Origin: Vicugna vicugna
Taxonomy: Eukaryota
Length of the DNA: 64,000 nucleotides
Direction of reading: 5' to 3'
Assembly (NCBI GenBank): GCA_013265495.1
Contig: MU058423.1
Span: 4,882,793-4,946,792 of the forward strand
Part shown: positions 24,657 through 35,985 of the stretch, piece after piece
How positions within the stretch are numbered: the first letter of the stretch is position 1
How the letters are laid out: each line of letters begins with the position of its first letter
The notes under the pieces: generated by a model
The model's database searches: none
Told to the model about the DNA's origin: nothing
The model's input: only the letters and a program-made list of their open reading frames with translations
Program-made: the position numbers and the translations under genes

Positions 24657-25730
24657 GAGGGTGGGGAGTGTCAAAGTCAATGTAATCAGTAGCTGAGCTG
24701 GAATTAAGTTTTGCTCCATTACTGACAGTGCATTTCACTGGTGAGCTAGTGCTACCTCATGCATAGTATGTGCATAAAGGATTTTTCTTTCTTTTTCTTT
24801 CTTGATTTGCTCTATGCTCCACCCTCAGCTTTTGGCAGGCCCTGCACACAAATTCCATGGAGAATTTCCCTACCTTTTTTGATAATCTATTGCTGTTGCC
24901 TGTTACCTTGTACAAGGTTCATGGTCAGGGTGGGAGTCAAAAGTTGGTTCTCTTGCTCAGTCCCAGTGGTGATGTTTTCTCAGCATTCCTGCCCTCCCTC
25001 CTCCTGCCCCAATGCAGAGAGGTCCTGCCCTACATCTGGTTTCTCCTCCCCCTACAGCCTCAGACCTCCACCTTGTATCTGTGGAAAGGACTGGTCTCAT
25101 GTGGATTTTCTGCCTTCCCTCCGGAGGCAGACAGCTTTGTCTCCTCCCTCTTTCCTAGCAGCGGCCAACTTTTGCCGAAGACCACGGAGCTCCCTGTCCC
25201 CCAGCAGCAGCTGGCTCTTACTTTGACTAATTTCCCAACAACAGAGAATCTTTTCTTGGAAGTGGGAGATAGAGGACATCTTTCCACTTCTCTTCTGTCA
25301 AACGGTATTTGCTTCATATGAAAGCAACTTCTGTTCACCCCTGAGGTGAGCTTTCTCATGTCTCTGCCCTTCCCACAGTCTTTCTTGTAGTCCCCAGTGA
25401 AGACCAATGGAAGTGATTTGGTCACTGGACATTGATGGATACCTTTGTATCTGGAACTTCCAAGGATTCTAAACTGACCCTTAAAGAATTCATTCAAATT
25501 TCAATTATCTTCTTCTACCTTCTATTCCTCCTATACTCTGCTAAAGGGTGAAACAGTTTATATATCCTGTCTCTACTCACATGGTCTTGTCACCCTTAAA
25601 AAGTCACTTCATCTAATTATCATGACCTCAGCTCCCTTTGTACCTAAAGTTATGATTTTGTAGAATATCTGGGTCTTCATCATCATTAGGCTGGGAGAAA
25701 TATTCACTTGTGATTTTTTACATTCTAAAT
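22995..25730 (-). mobile_element. Ancient L1 (L1M-type) remnants: 3'UTR, ORF2 pieces and 5' region
   Basis: Antisense L1 motifs such as TGTTGAATAGGGGTGATGAG...TTCCTGACTTTAAGGGAG, GTCAAATGCTTTCTCTGAATCTATT and AGAATACACCAGTGAAGCCATC...GGAGTTTTCTTTGTGGGAAAG. The distal part is less certain. Confidence 0.65.
24621..24654. repeat. (TG)17 microsatellite
   Basis: Directly visible in the sequence. Confidence 0.97.
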
Positions 25731-28209
25731 CATTTGTAGCTATAAGGTATACTTCTTGGAATTCCAGCAAATAACTAATTTTAATGCAAATAACAATAGA
25801 TCGTTTAAAAATGTAACCTATGATTTTACTACCTTCTTTATAATGATCATAATTAAAATAAAAATACGAATTTAATTTAACTCTAAGTAAGCAATCATTA
25901 CTGTTTCACATTTAATAATCTAATACTATTATTGAAACTAAGGAAGATTTTAAAAACATAATTAGAAACAAACTTTTTTGAATCATAATAATTGAAGATT
26001 TAATGACCAGAATTGATTTTGAAAACATGCAAATCCCCTTTGTGTGTATTTACCTGAGCTTAAAATGAAGGTTTATGGTGAGAAATAATTTTTCTATAAT
26101 AACTTCTGTTTTTCTTAGTAAGACATTGTTATTTGTGACACTCATGTAATTATGTGCCAGTGTAACTCAAGTATGTAATGACATTTCTCTTTCAAAGCAT
26201 TTAAACAACTCAGGAAATTGCTTTACTGTTCTGTTTCCTGACTTAAAACCCACTTTTGCCATGTTCATTTTATTATACAATCTGTCTCAACTCATCCAGG
26301 CAAAATATATTCCACAAAGTATAATGTGCACTGAATGTTATACTGGTTGATAGCCATATAATTGTATCCATTTTGCATTTATATTTGTAATAGACATTTA
26401 GCATACTATATGTAAACAGTCATATTTATAAATGTGCATGCAAATAATGCCTGAATAAGAACTTACACATTTATATTCCCTTCTTTAGTAATTTCAGTGG
26501 ATTTTGAAATCAGATATTTGATGAATTATGAGTTACATTATAGATTATAAAAGATTCATTAAGTAAGGAGGGATGGAAGATGAATAACTCAATAAAATTA
26601 CAATACATAATTAGTTTGATTAGGAAGTCAAAAAAATCAGATCTTCACCTCCATAAATGTATTGATATTATTTTTCAGTCCATAATACGTGAGCATATTG
26701 TCTACCAATTACAAGGAATTAATGCAATTCCAAGTGATCACAAAAATTTACACTTTATGGCGGTGGAGAAGCTATTTTCAGATGGATGGCAAGGTATTTT
26801 CACTCGGGTGGGACTACTAACACTTTTAAGCAAATCCTGACTTAATCCCTTTCCTGTTGATCTTGGCAGCTGCCGTTGGCAGGGTTGTGGACTGTGTTAC
26901 ATGGGTGGGGTCTTGCTTTGCCTTCGTCTTTGCTGTGAAATCATTCTTTGAGTGGTGTTTCTCATTCTTCCTGCCAGAATGAGCATGGAGACTGTGATCT
27001 CACGCTTTTTGCCTTTTCCTTTGCATAGGTCTGTAGAAATATTTTGAAATACCAGGGAAAGCACATTTACTTATTTAGTATACGCAGAAAGGTGAGAAAA
27101 GCAGAAGGTACACAAGATAACAGTGCTGCGAATGCAAGCATTGTCAGAAATGCCTTTTGTAATATTTTTGGAATGAAATTTGGATGTATGTACCATGGGA
27201 CCTAGACTATGGCCCTAATAATACTTGGATTAAATATAATTTGAATTAAAAGCTATATTTTGGAGTAGCAGTGATTTTTTTTATTGTACCTACAATCATT
27301 TACTGGTAAAAATTTAAAAATAGACAAAGTATTTCTATTTTTTGTCCTTGATATGCTAACGTTAATGGGCATCTTTTGAAAAGTTCTAAAGTAGAGATAA
27401 TTTTTCTTCCATTTGCTGCTTTCCCTTCACATTTTCCAGAAGCTAACCTCATAATCAATTGCTGGCCCTTTTGGAAAAAAGTAACTCACATACTGACTTC
27501 ACATGTCCATCTAAGACCAAGCTGGCCTCTATTCTATCTTGTCCTGATTCTATCTTGTCCCTTTTCTAGTCTCGACTTTGCATGTGAATTCATCTATTCA
27601 GGGGGATCAAGCAGAGTGGAGATGACCCTGGACTCTGTCATTAACTGTTGTGAATGAGATTAAACATTTATTTGGCTGCTCTCGGTGTCATATTCTTTAT
27701 AAGACTGCATCTCTAAAGACAGTGCCAGTGGTTATGGAAATAGGGGCCAGCTTGGTCTCAGATGGGCATGCGAAGTTAGCAAACACCTCTCCTTTCAAAC
27801 CCAAGTGTCTCTTCACATCCACTGCTTTGTATGGTTTCCATGGAGCTTCCTACACAGAGAAAAAAACAGCACCATGCCTTCAATCCAAGATTAGACACGT
27901 CAAATGTATCTGGGAGCCTGGAATGGGAAGAGACTATCAGCCAATGAAAGCTAAAGTTTTGCAAGGCAATTCAGAGTCTGCAAGAGAAAATTCATTGCAA
28001 AGGAAGAAGGAAAGGGCAGGCAAAAGAGAAGGTTTAGGTGGTTCTGAGATCGGTGGGACAGCTAATTCTAGACTTCCTTCGATTCCTCATTAATTTAGCC
28101 ACACACAATGCGTTGAGGATAAATGGCTCTGTGTACAAAGTAAGAAAGATCCAGCCCTAGCAAGTCCACTCTAAGTGTGGGCACACAAACGATTGGCGTA
28201 TCCTCTCTT

Positions 28210-28830
28210 TGCCACGATCTAGCAATCTACCAGGATGCTTGGTGTCCTGAATGGCCCAGTGGAGTTGCAGGAACATAGGACTTCTCACGGATCCAAGACA
28301 GATAGCATGAAAAAGACAGCTGAGTGCAAAAGAGACTTACAAGATTGCTTACAGGTTACAGAGTGGCAGGAGCCAGTAATGAGTGCCAACTTGAACTCCT
28401 GTGGGATGGTCTAAGCACCCCCTTGTGGTGTGTGGGTGAAGGACTTCTAAAAAAATTAAAAAAAAATTTTCTTTAAGTGAAGTGGGGTTTATTAAGAGAT
28501 GGATAGTACACTAGCAAGGGGAGAGCAGGCAGGCTCAGGTGAGTAGCTGCCCTGAGTTTCTTTAACAAGTTGGTTACACAGAGTGTAAAAATGAATGGGC
28601 GGAATATTTATTGGGGAGGAAAGGGTTTGGGTTGTATACCATGATTTTCATCCCATCTCCTCCTGACAAAGGATATATTGATGTTTGCTGCTATGCACAT
28701 GGGAGCTTGGAGCCTTATAATCTGTCCATTAGCCAATTTGTGACCTAATTTGTATCCATAGATTAGGGAACATTGCAATTACGTTTGTTTTATGTGTCTC
28801 ATCATCACCATGCACTCCTAAGGCATAAAC
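28210..28830 (-). mobile_element. Probable ERV1-type solo LTR
   Basis: Reverse-strand poly(A) signal context (GGGGTTTATTAAGAGATGGATAGTACAC...GAGAGCAGGCAGGCTCAGG) and LTR-like composition. The ends are uncertain. Confidence 0.55.
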
Positions 28831-29010
28831 TTTTTATTTACCTTAAAAAAAAACTCTTTTGCAATAATATATTAGGAAAGATCTTCTTAAAATTCCTACT
28901 TTTACTTCCATCCTTCTAGCTAACAATTGGCACTTTAATAGGAGATTTCTGGTGAAATTGCATTAATTTCTTTTCTGAAACTTCAGACAAAGTAAGAAGT
29001 AGTATGGCAG

Positions 29011-29345
29011 TGTCACGTTAATTAAACAAGGAGACCATTAGACTGAGGTAACTCTAGTGCTGCATGGCGTACAGAGGCACATCAAAATCTAAGCCTTATA
29101 CATGCCTCAATGTTACAGAGTCAAAATATGAGGACAACCAGTCATAAATGGCCAAGTAGACTTGATACCATAACCAATCAGATAATTTTCTGTCTGTGCT
29201 TCTGCCCCCTCTCTAAGTCCTTCCCTTAGTTCCTGCCAGTGGAGCTCTCCTAACCACTTCTGGGCTTGGTGCTGCCCATTTCAAACAGATTTTTGCTCCA
29301 ACAAACTCTTCAAATGTTTACTACGTCTCAGTGTGTCTTCTAATA
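29011..29345 (+). mobile_element. ERV1 solo LTR (MER34/MER39-like)
   Basis: Starts with TG and ends in TA (degenerate CA), flanked by GCAG/GTAG. Internal motifs include AACCAATCAGATAATTTTC, CTAACCACTTCTGG...GCTGCCCATT and TTTTGCTCCAACAAACTCTT. Confidence 0.75.
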
Positions 29346-30450
29346 GTAGGTACAAAGGTAAGGGTGGGATCACGTGATAATATTCATGCTGTGTTAGCAA
29401 ACCCCTGTAAACTTTTGAATAGGATTGACTGCTAATTTTAATTAAAAGCAACACTAAATTAATATAACTTATACTTGAATAAAGGAAAAAGGAAGCTAAT
29501 TGTTTTATTGTGTTTTTCTTAAATATAAGTGTAAGGTAAGGATAGATGGTTTACTGTTAGAAGACTGTTGACAGACAGTAGACCTGCATGTCCAAGACAA
29601 TTGTTATCGGACAGGGGACTGGGAGGCAGCAGTGAGGATCTTGAAAGAAAAGGAAGTGAGAAGAGAGGTTTAGTTGGCCATGCCTCTCACAATATGAATA
29701 AAAGAGATAAAAAGGATGGCAAATGCCCCTTTAGGTGTTTGTGAGTAAACCAGAGGCAGAAGCTGAGGGGTGTCATATACTATTTAAATTGTTGTTAAAA
29801 AAATTAATGATTCCCATACCACTCACCATGACATCCAAAAGACTCTGCAGATAATGGGATAAAAGCATTTATAAAATGAAAAAAAAGCATGAGTTGAGGG
29901 GGAATTTTTAATAATGGGCCACAAATAGGACAATCTTTCCCTGGTGATAGCACAGTGGCCCTTCCATGGCTGATGGCCCACACTGTCCACTAAGTCTCCT
30001 TGTGGCCGACTGTGGCATCAAAACAGCCCCCTGTTTTCTTCCTAGCTTCTGCAAAGTTTTTCTCCTTCATATTCTTGCCCTTTCACTTTAATGTCCAGGA
30101 AACTCCTGATGCCCAGAAAACTGAGCTGTAGTGTCTCTGACTGACTTTTCTTGTGGTCCACATAGAGGTGACCACACCTAACCTGAAATTTTTTCAGCCC
30201 TGGGATATTATTAGTTTCTTACTCCATTAAAAAAGCCACAAAATTATTTTCTTATTGTTTTAATGTAGTTCTTTCAACTTCCATTTGTTTTACATTATGC
30301 ATTATATTTTCAGCCATCTACACATACTGGTTTATTTAATTTATTTATAAGTAAATACATATCTGAGTTGTTTCCCATTTAATGCATACTATAACAGAGA
30401 GTATGTACTCCTCAGAGAAATCTGAAAAGATATTAACTTTGGGTATTTGA

Positions 30451-30499
30451 TTGCCTTTCTTATTTGGGTTTTTTTTTGAGGGGAGAGGTAATTAGAGTC
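30451..30499 (-). mobile_element. Very short retrotransposed insert, probably a camelid SINE 3' tail
   Basis: Flanked by the TSD AAC(T/C)TTGGGTATTTGA at 30435-30450 and 30500-30515. The reverse complement of the insert is CTAATTACCTCTCCCCTC followed by an A-rich tail. Confidence 0.7.
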
Positions 30500-31261
30500 A
30501 ACCTTGGGTATTTGAACATTAAAATATTAGGTCATCTTCATTCAAAGAATCAAAACAGAAAGTTTGCCCTGCAGAAAATGATGATTTCTTAAAACAGTGG
30601 TTTAAAAAACAAACAACTTAATTAAGGAGGTTGGACAATGGTAGATGCATGGCAATATTGATGATAAGGAAAGATAGTGTTATGAGGTTTATGTATACCT
30701 CTGCCACAAGACAAAAAGATGTGACTAGCCGAAGATGACCTTGATTTATAAGGCCCAAGGTACATGGAGAATCCCTAGAGAAAGAGACACCATGGAGAAG
30801 AAGAGAGAGGAAGAGGAAGGGAGAGTTCATGTAAGTTCCCTAGTTTTGAGAGCTGCTTAGCAATGGACAACGGAACCACTTGACTAAGGTCATATGACTG
30901 GTGAGTGTTGGGGCTGAGGCTCAGCATCTCGCTACCTGTTTCTAGAGATTAAACACTGAACCTCCAGGCTGCATAGGGGAGCTTCTCAACTATAAAATGG
31001 AGATAATAATTATATACATAATTATATATCTATGTATTATATATATATAAATTATGTATCTATATATAGATATATATATCTGACCAAGCTGTTACAAGGA
31101 TTTAATAAGTTATGTATTTGAAGCAATTTAAAATAGAGTCTGGTACTTAGAAATTACTATATAGGCTACTTTGGTTTTGTTTTCATCATTATTATTAATC
31201 AATATAAGCAAATACTACACAGAACCAAATTTTAAGAAGCAATATTTATTTGTCGCTAGAT

Positions 31262-32460
31262 ACTCAAGATGGATTAAAGGCGCAAATGTAAGTCCTGAAT
31301 CCATAAAACTCCGAGAAGAAAACATAGGCAGTACACTCTTTGACATTGGTCTTAGCAATATTTTTTTGGATATGTCTTATCAGGCAATTGAAACAAAAGT
31401 AAAAACGAACAAATGGAACGACATCAAACTAAAATGCTTCTGTACAGTGAAGGAAACTATCAATAAAACAATAAGGCTGCCTATTGAATGGGAGAAGATA
31501 TTTGCAAATGATATATCCAATAAGGGGTTAATCAATATATTCAACAAACGCATACAACTCAACACCCAAAACCCAAACAATCCAGTTAAAAATAGGCAGA
31601 GGACTTGAATAAACATTTTTTTCAAAGAAGACATACAGATGGCTAACAGACACATGAAAAGATGCTCAACATCATTAATTACCAGGAAAATGCAAGTCAA
31701 AACCACAATGAGATATCACCTGACACCTGATAGAATGGCTATTATTAAAAAGACAACAGATAACAAATACTGTCAACGATGTGGAGAACAGGGGACCCCT
31801 GTGCCCTGTTGGTGGGAATGTAGATTGGTATAGCCACCACGGAAAACAGTATGACGTTTCCTGAAAAAATTAAAAATAAACCACCATATAATCCATCAGT
31901 TTCACTTCTGAGTATTTTTTTTTGAAGTGAACAAAATCACCCACTTGAAAATGTATACATATCTCCATGTTCATTGCTTCTTTAGTTACAATAGCCAAAG
32001 TACAGAAGAAACCTAAGTGTTCATTGATAGATGAATAAAGAAGACATGGTATATTTATTCACACTTTGGAATGAAGAAAAAGAATGGACTCTTGCCATTT
32101 GCAGCAACATGAATGGACCTAGAAGGTATTATGTTTGGTGAAATAAGTCAGATGGAGAAAGACAAATAATGTATGTTGTCACTTATGTGCAGCATCTAAA
32201 CAACAAAACAAATGAACAAATATTACAAAACAAAAACAGATTCATAGATGCAAAAAACAAACAGGTAGTTGTCAGAGGGGAGGGAGGCGGAGGAAGAAAA
32301 GAAAAAAAACGAGGTAATGAAAAAAATCTGTGTGATAATGAATGCTAGTTAGCTTGATAGTGGTGACCGTTTTATAACGTATATTCATATGAAATCAACC
32401 ACATTTTATATCTTAGATATATGCCATTTTTTCAATTTTTCTTCAATAAAGCTGAAAAGA
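31262..32460 (+). mobile_element. L1, 5'-truncated, of an older subfamily than the two minus-strand young copies
   Basis: ORFs 31171-31608 (SRWIK...IKLREENIGSTLFDIGLSNIFLD...) and 31639-31833 ([13 protein letters not shown]...) are L1 ORF2. The 3'UTR ends at TCAATAAAGCTGAAAA. Confidence 0.93.
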
Positions 32461-32519
32461 GATTTTAAAAATTGTATAGTTAATATTTGTGCAGTTTAAG
32501 GTATATACATTTTACATAA

Positions 32520-32675
32520 AATATCTCTGATTGTGATGATAATTATGAGGAGTGGGAGGTGGTTTCAATGAAACAAAAACCAAAGGCTGGATGATTATTG
32601 AAGTTTGATGATGGATGCATGGAAGTACAATGCACTATTCAGTTTATCTTGTATGTATCTGAAATTTTCCTTAAT
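32520..32675 (+). mobile_element. Ancient L1 3' end
   Basis: GATGATTATTGAAGTTTGATGATGGATGCATGGAAGTAC...GTATGTATCTGAAATTTTCC. Confidence 0.6.
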
Positions 32676-34773
32676 TAAGGGGCCCAAATCTTAATTCAGA
32701 CTTTCCAGTCAGTCAAAGCGGAATCAACATAATTATTTATAATCTTATTAGAACATATGAGAAAACCAGGAAAAGTACTTTTTTTTATATTGATGCCTTA
32801 AAGAAATTATTCTCCTGGATTCTCATAAAAGGATATGGTATGTGGTATTTGACATCATTTTCAGTAAATAAAGTAGCATGATTTAATAAATGAGTCTTAT
32901 TCTTAGTCTCTCTCGTCAAACCTGATGGCAAAAAGCAGTTCTTACAGGTAAAAGAACAACTGAATAGTGTTGATGAGTGTTTCTCTTCAATTGTTTATTC
33001 TGATGAATTCTTTACATTTTGTAAAAAAAAAAACTAATTTGCAAATTTTAGTACTTTATTAAAAAGAATGTTATTTTCAATACCTTTCCACTTCGTCATA
33101 GCAACATCGAACACTATCTCAGAGATACAAGCAAATTTTAAATTCATCATGCGGTCATGGAGTTCCCTTATCAGAGGGGAGCCGTGGGGCGCAGCAGCTT
33201 ATGTTTTCTGGCAAGATTCTGAGTGAGGACGTCAGAGTAGGCAGGCGAGCTTCGATGCATCTGCTTTGCTTTACTTACTGATCAAGATGGGAGGCAGGTG
33301 TGACAGTCTTAAGAAAACTAGGGAGCTTAACCAAATCGCATGGCACCACACTTCTAGAGAATGGTGGCTTTAAACTTTAATGAAAAAAAAAAAAAGGAAG
33401 AAAAGAAAATGACAAGGAATCTACCCGACCGAAGACCAGATCATAGGCTGGTGATGGATTAAAAGACAACAAATCCTAGGGCACAGTCTAAAGTCTTTTC
33501 CCACTTACTTTGAAAATATTCTTATAACCATTACTTCGTTAGCATTCATCTTCCTTTCATTTCCAAACTCACTAAAACTTTGAGTCTTGATCAAGTTGGG
33601 AGGTAGGTGGCCGTGGTGTATGGTGGCTGTGGGAGCTTCAGCCCCACCTGAAAGCAACTGCTCTACTCAGTGAAAGAGATTTACATTACCTCCTCCAACC
33701 CACCTGTCAACTTATCCGGTTGTGAAGAAATTATAATTACCTGTTAGAAAGATGTCTTTGATATTTTCAGAGAAAAACCCTCCCCCATCACATACTTTAA
33801 TTGCTTGGAATTCGTATGCTCCTCAGTCTTTTGAATATGTGTTCTGCTATAACACTGTAACCTTTGATTTCTTTTTTTTTTTTAACTCTTTTTTCCCACA
33901 TTTAACAACTGATTGCATAAAAATGAGGGTAACTCGCTTTTACAATCTAAGAAAAAAATTAGCTTTATTCTAGTAATTCTCCTGGGCTTTTCCTTTGGAA
34001 TAATTTATTAAACTTAATTCTCAGTATGGTGATCTTTTGTTCTGTTATATTTATTCATTAGTCAGGCTTTCCTCATTTCATTGTTCTTGGGTGAAATTAT
34101 ATTTTGAAATAACTTTAGGCAATTGGTAGTACATTTCTACATTGTTACTTCTGTATTAAATCATCAGAAAATTAGTTTAAAAAGAGATATTTGTATCATT
34201 GATGATACAATGAAAAGGACTCAGTCCTGAAATTTAGTATTACTGTAACGTTAATTAAATCAGAAAATGGTGAGCAATTATGTATAACAGCTTTGTCCTT
34301 CTCTGACCCTCAGAGCACTAAATGAAGCATAGACAATCTGCTATTGTTACCAAGAAGTATTGACAGGACCTCCGTTATCAATTTTGCATAGGATGACTTC
34401 CAGAGAGAGCATGCCTGAGAAGGTCCAAGCCACAAGGTCTTGATTTCTGCAAATTTCAGGGCCTAGTGGTTTTGCAGACATGTTCCCATTACTCAGATGC
34501 CATATTAGGTCTTTGTCAAACTGATGAAGATTCAGAATTGACCCCTCGTGACATTCCCTCATCGATACCACTTTGGTCTAAAGTGAAAGACATCAATAGG
34601 TGAATTGGTAAGTTCTACGCAAGAGCTGGAGCAGTACAACAACACCCAGCACCGACTGGGAAGCAAAGCAAACTGACTGAGGAGCAGGCCTGTGCCAACA
34701 CTATGCCACATATACCTACCTTGGGGCTCTCAGTATTATTTGCCCACCAACAGCACCTTGTTTAGTTTTACTC

Positions 34774-34905
34774 TTTTTTTTTTTTAGTTGAAGTAGAGTC
34801 AGTTTACAACATTGTATCAGTTTCTGGCACACAGCATAATCATCTGTATACATACATGTATTCATTTTCATATTCTTTTTCATTATAGGTTACTGCAAGA
34901 TATTA
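34774..34905 (-). mobile_element. Young camelid-type L1 3' tail (about 130 bp)
   Basis: Poly-T followed by TTGAAGTAGAGTCAGTTTACAACATTGTATCAGTTTCTGGCACACAGCATAAT, matching 12400-12510. Confidence 0.9.
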
Positions 34906-35837
34906 TATTCGTAACTTATAACTTGCCATGCCCCCCAGGTGTATTTTCTTTCCTCCAATAAAGAAATTATTTTTTGTCTAGAGCTGAAGACATGCCTCCA
35001 TTATTATCTACCAGTTCTCATTCTTGCTTGAAATTTCCTTTATTGGTATTTATTTTGATATATGATTGAAAGGACCTGTTAAAATTCACTCTATGATTCT
35101 TGAGTTATATCGTATTAAACTTGTATTGCCGTAGCGAGAGTTTATCGGTGGTTACTGCATCACGGTACAGGGCTGAATGCAGGTAATTTATCTGGAGAGA
35201 CAAGAAAGAGGTTCAGGACTTGACTCAAGGGCCAAGACGAATTGATTAGAGTCAGGTCCAAGGCAGGTAGGGTGACTTACCACCCATGCAGAAGTTGAAA
35301 AACAGGAATGATGGTTCTGCAAAGGGGAAGAGGATCGTTAGGAACACATTATTACACTTTTGGCCCAGTATGATTTCTTCACAACCAAATGAAAATGAAA
35401 ATATCAAAATAATTTATGATCTTTGTTTTTTCCTATCCTAAAGCAGAATGATTTCTGGATTTCTCAGGAAGCAATTCAGTCGTTTATGGATTGTCCTATC
35501 TCTTTGTTTCTTCTTTCATCACTCTCCTCTTTTTGTCATCGTTTCTCTTAGGGTTAGCTCTTCCTCCAAAGAGTGGCGAAAGAGTGAGAAGGGCATGTCA
35601 GAAAGTTCCCTCGGGGAGAATTAGGAAAGGCTGAATTTAATTATGAGACTCTTCTAAGATCTCAAATTGAATACAAATAGAAATGTGATTATAATAATTG
35701 AACCTAAGATCTGAAAGGAAGTATGTTGATGTAGCCTAAACTCCCACCTAATATTCACATTTTCTCTCCAATCTTCAAACAGTTTTTTTTAAAAAGCTCT
35801 CAGGTCTAATATTTCTCAAAGCAGTAAATCCATCATT

Positions 35838-35985
35838 ATAATAATAATAAGAATAAGAATAAGAATAAGAATAATAATCACAAAATAATATAGCTCTTTG
35901 CTGAGTATTAACTGTGCAAGAGGCACTGCATTAAGTGATGAACATAATTTTTATGAGGTGGGTCTACCATTATGCCCCTTTACAC
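35838..35985 (-). mobile_element. MIR fragment with an (AAT)n/(AAGAAT)n microsatellite at its tail
   Basis: The repeat is visible at 35838-35878, followed by TGCTGAGTATTAACTGTGCAAGAGGCACTG...ATGAGGTGGGTCTACCATTATGCCCCTTTAC. Confidence 0.6.

Noticed and set aside
24759..25497. Overlapping ORFs of 145-155 aa
   Set aside because: They lie in a GC-richer, degraded repeat-like segment, give no recognisable protein and are open on both strands, which suggests chance.
27650..28093. 147-aa ORF
   Set aside because: No recognisable domain, exon structure or processed-pseudogene hallmarks.
34460..34613. Possible plus-strand exon (47 open codons, then GTGAAT/GTAAGT donors)
   Set aside because: The acceptor is weak, the peptide is unrecognised and there is no supporting neighbouring exon.
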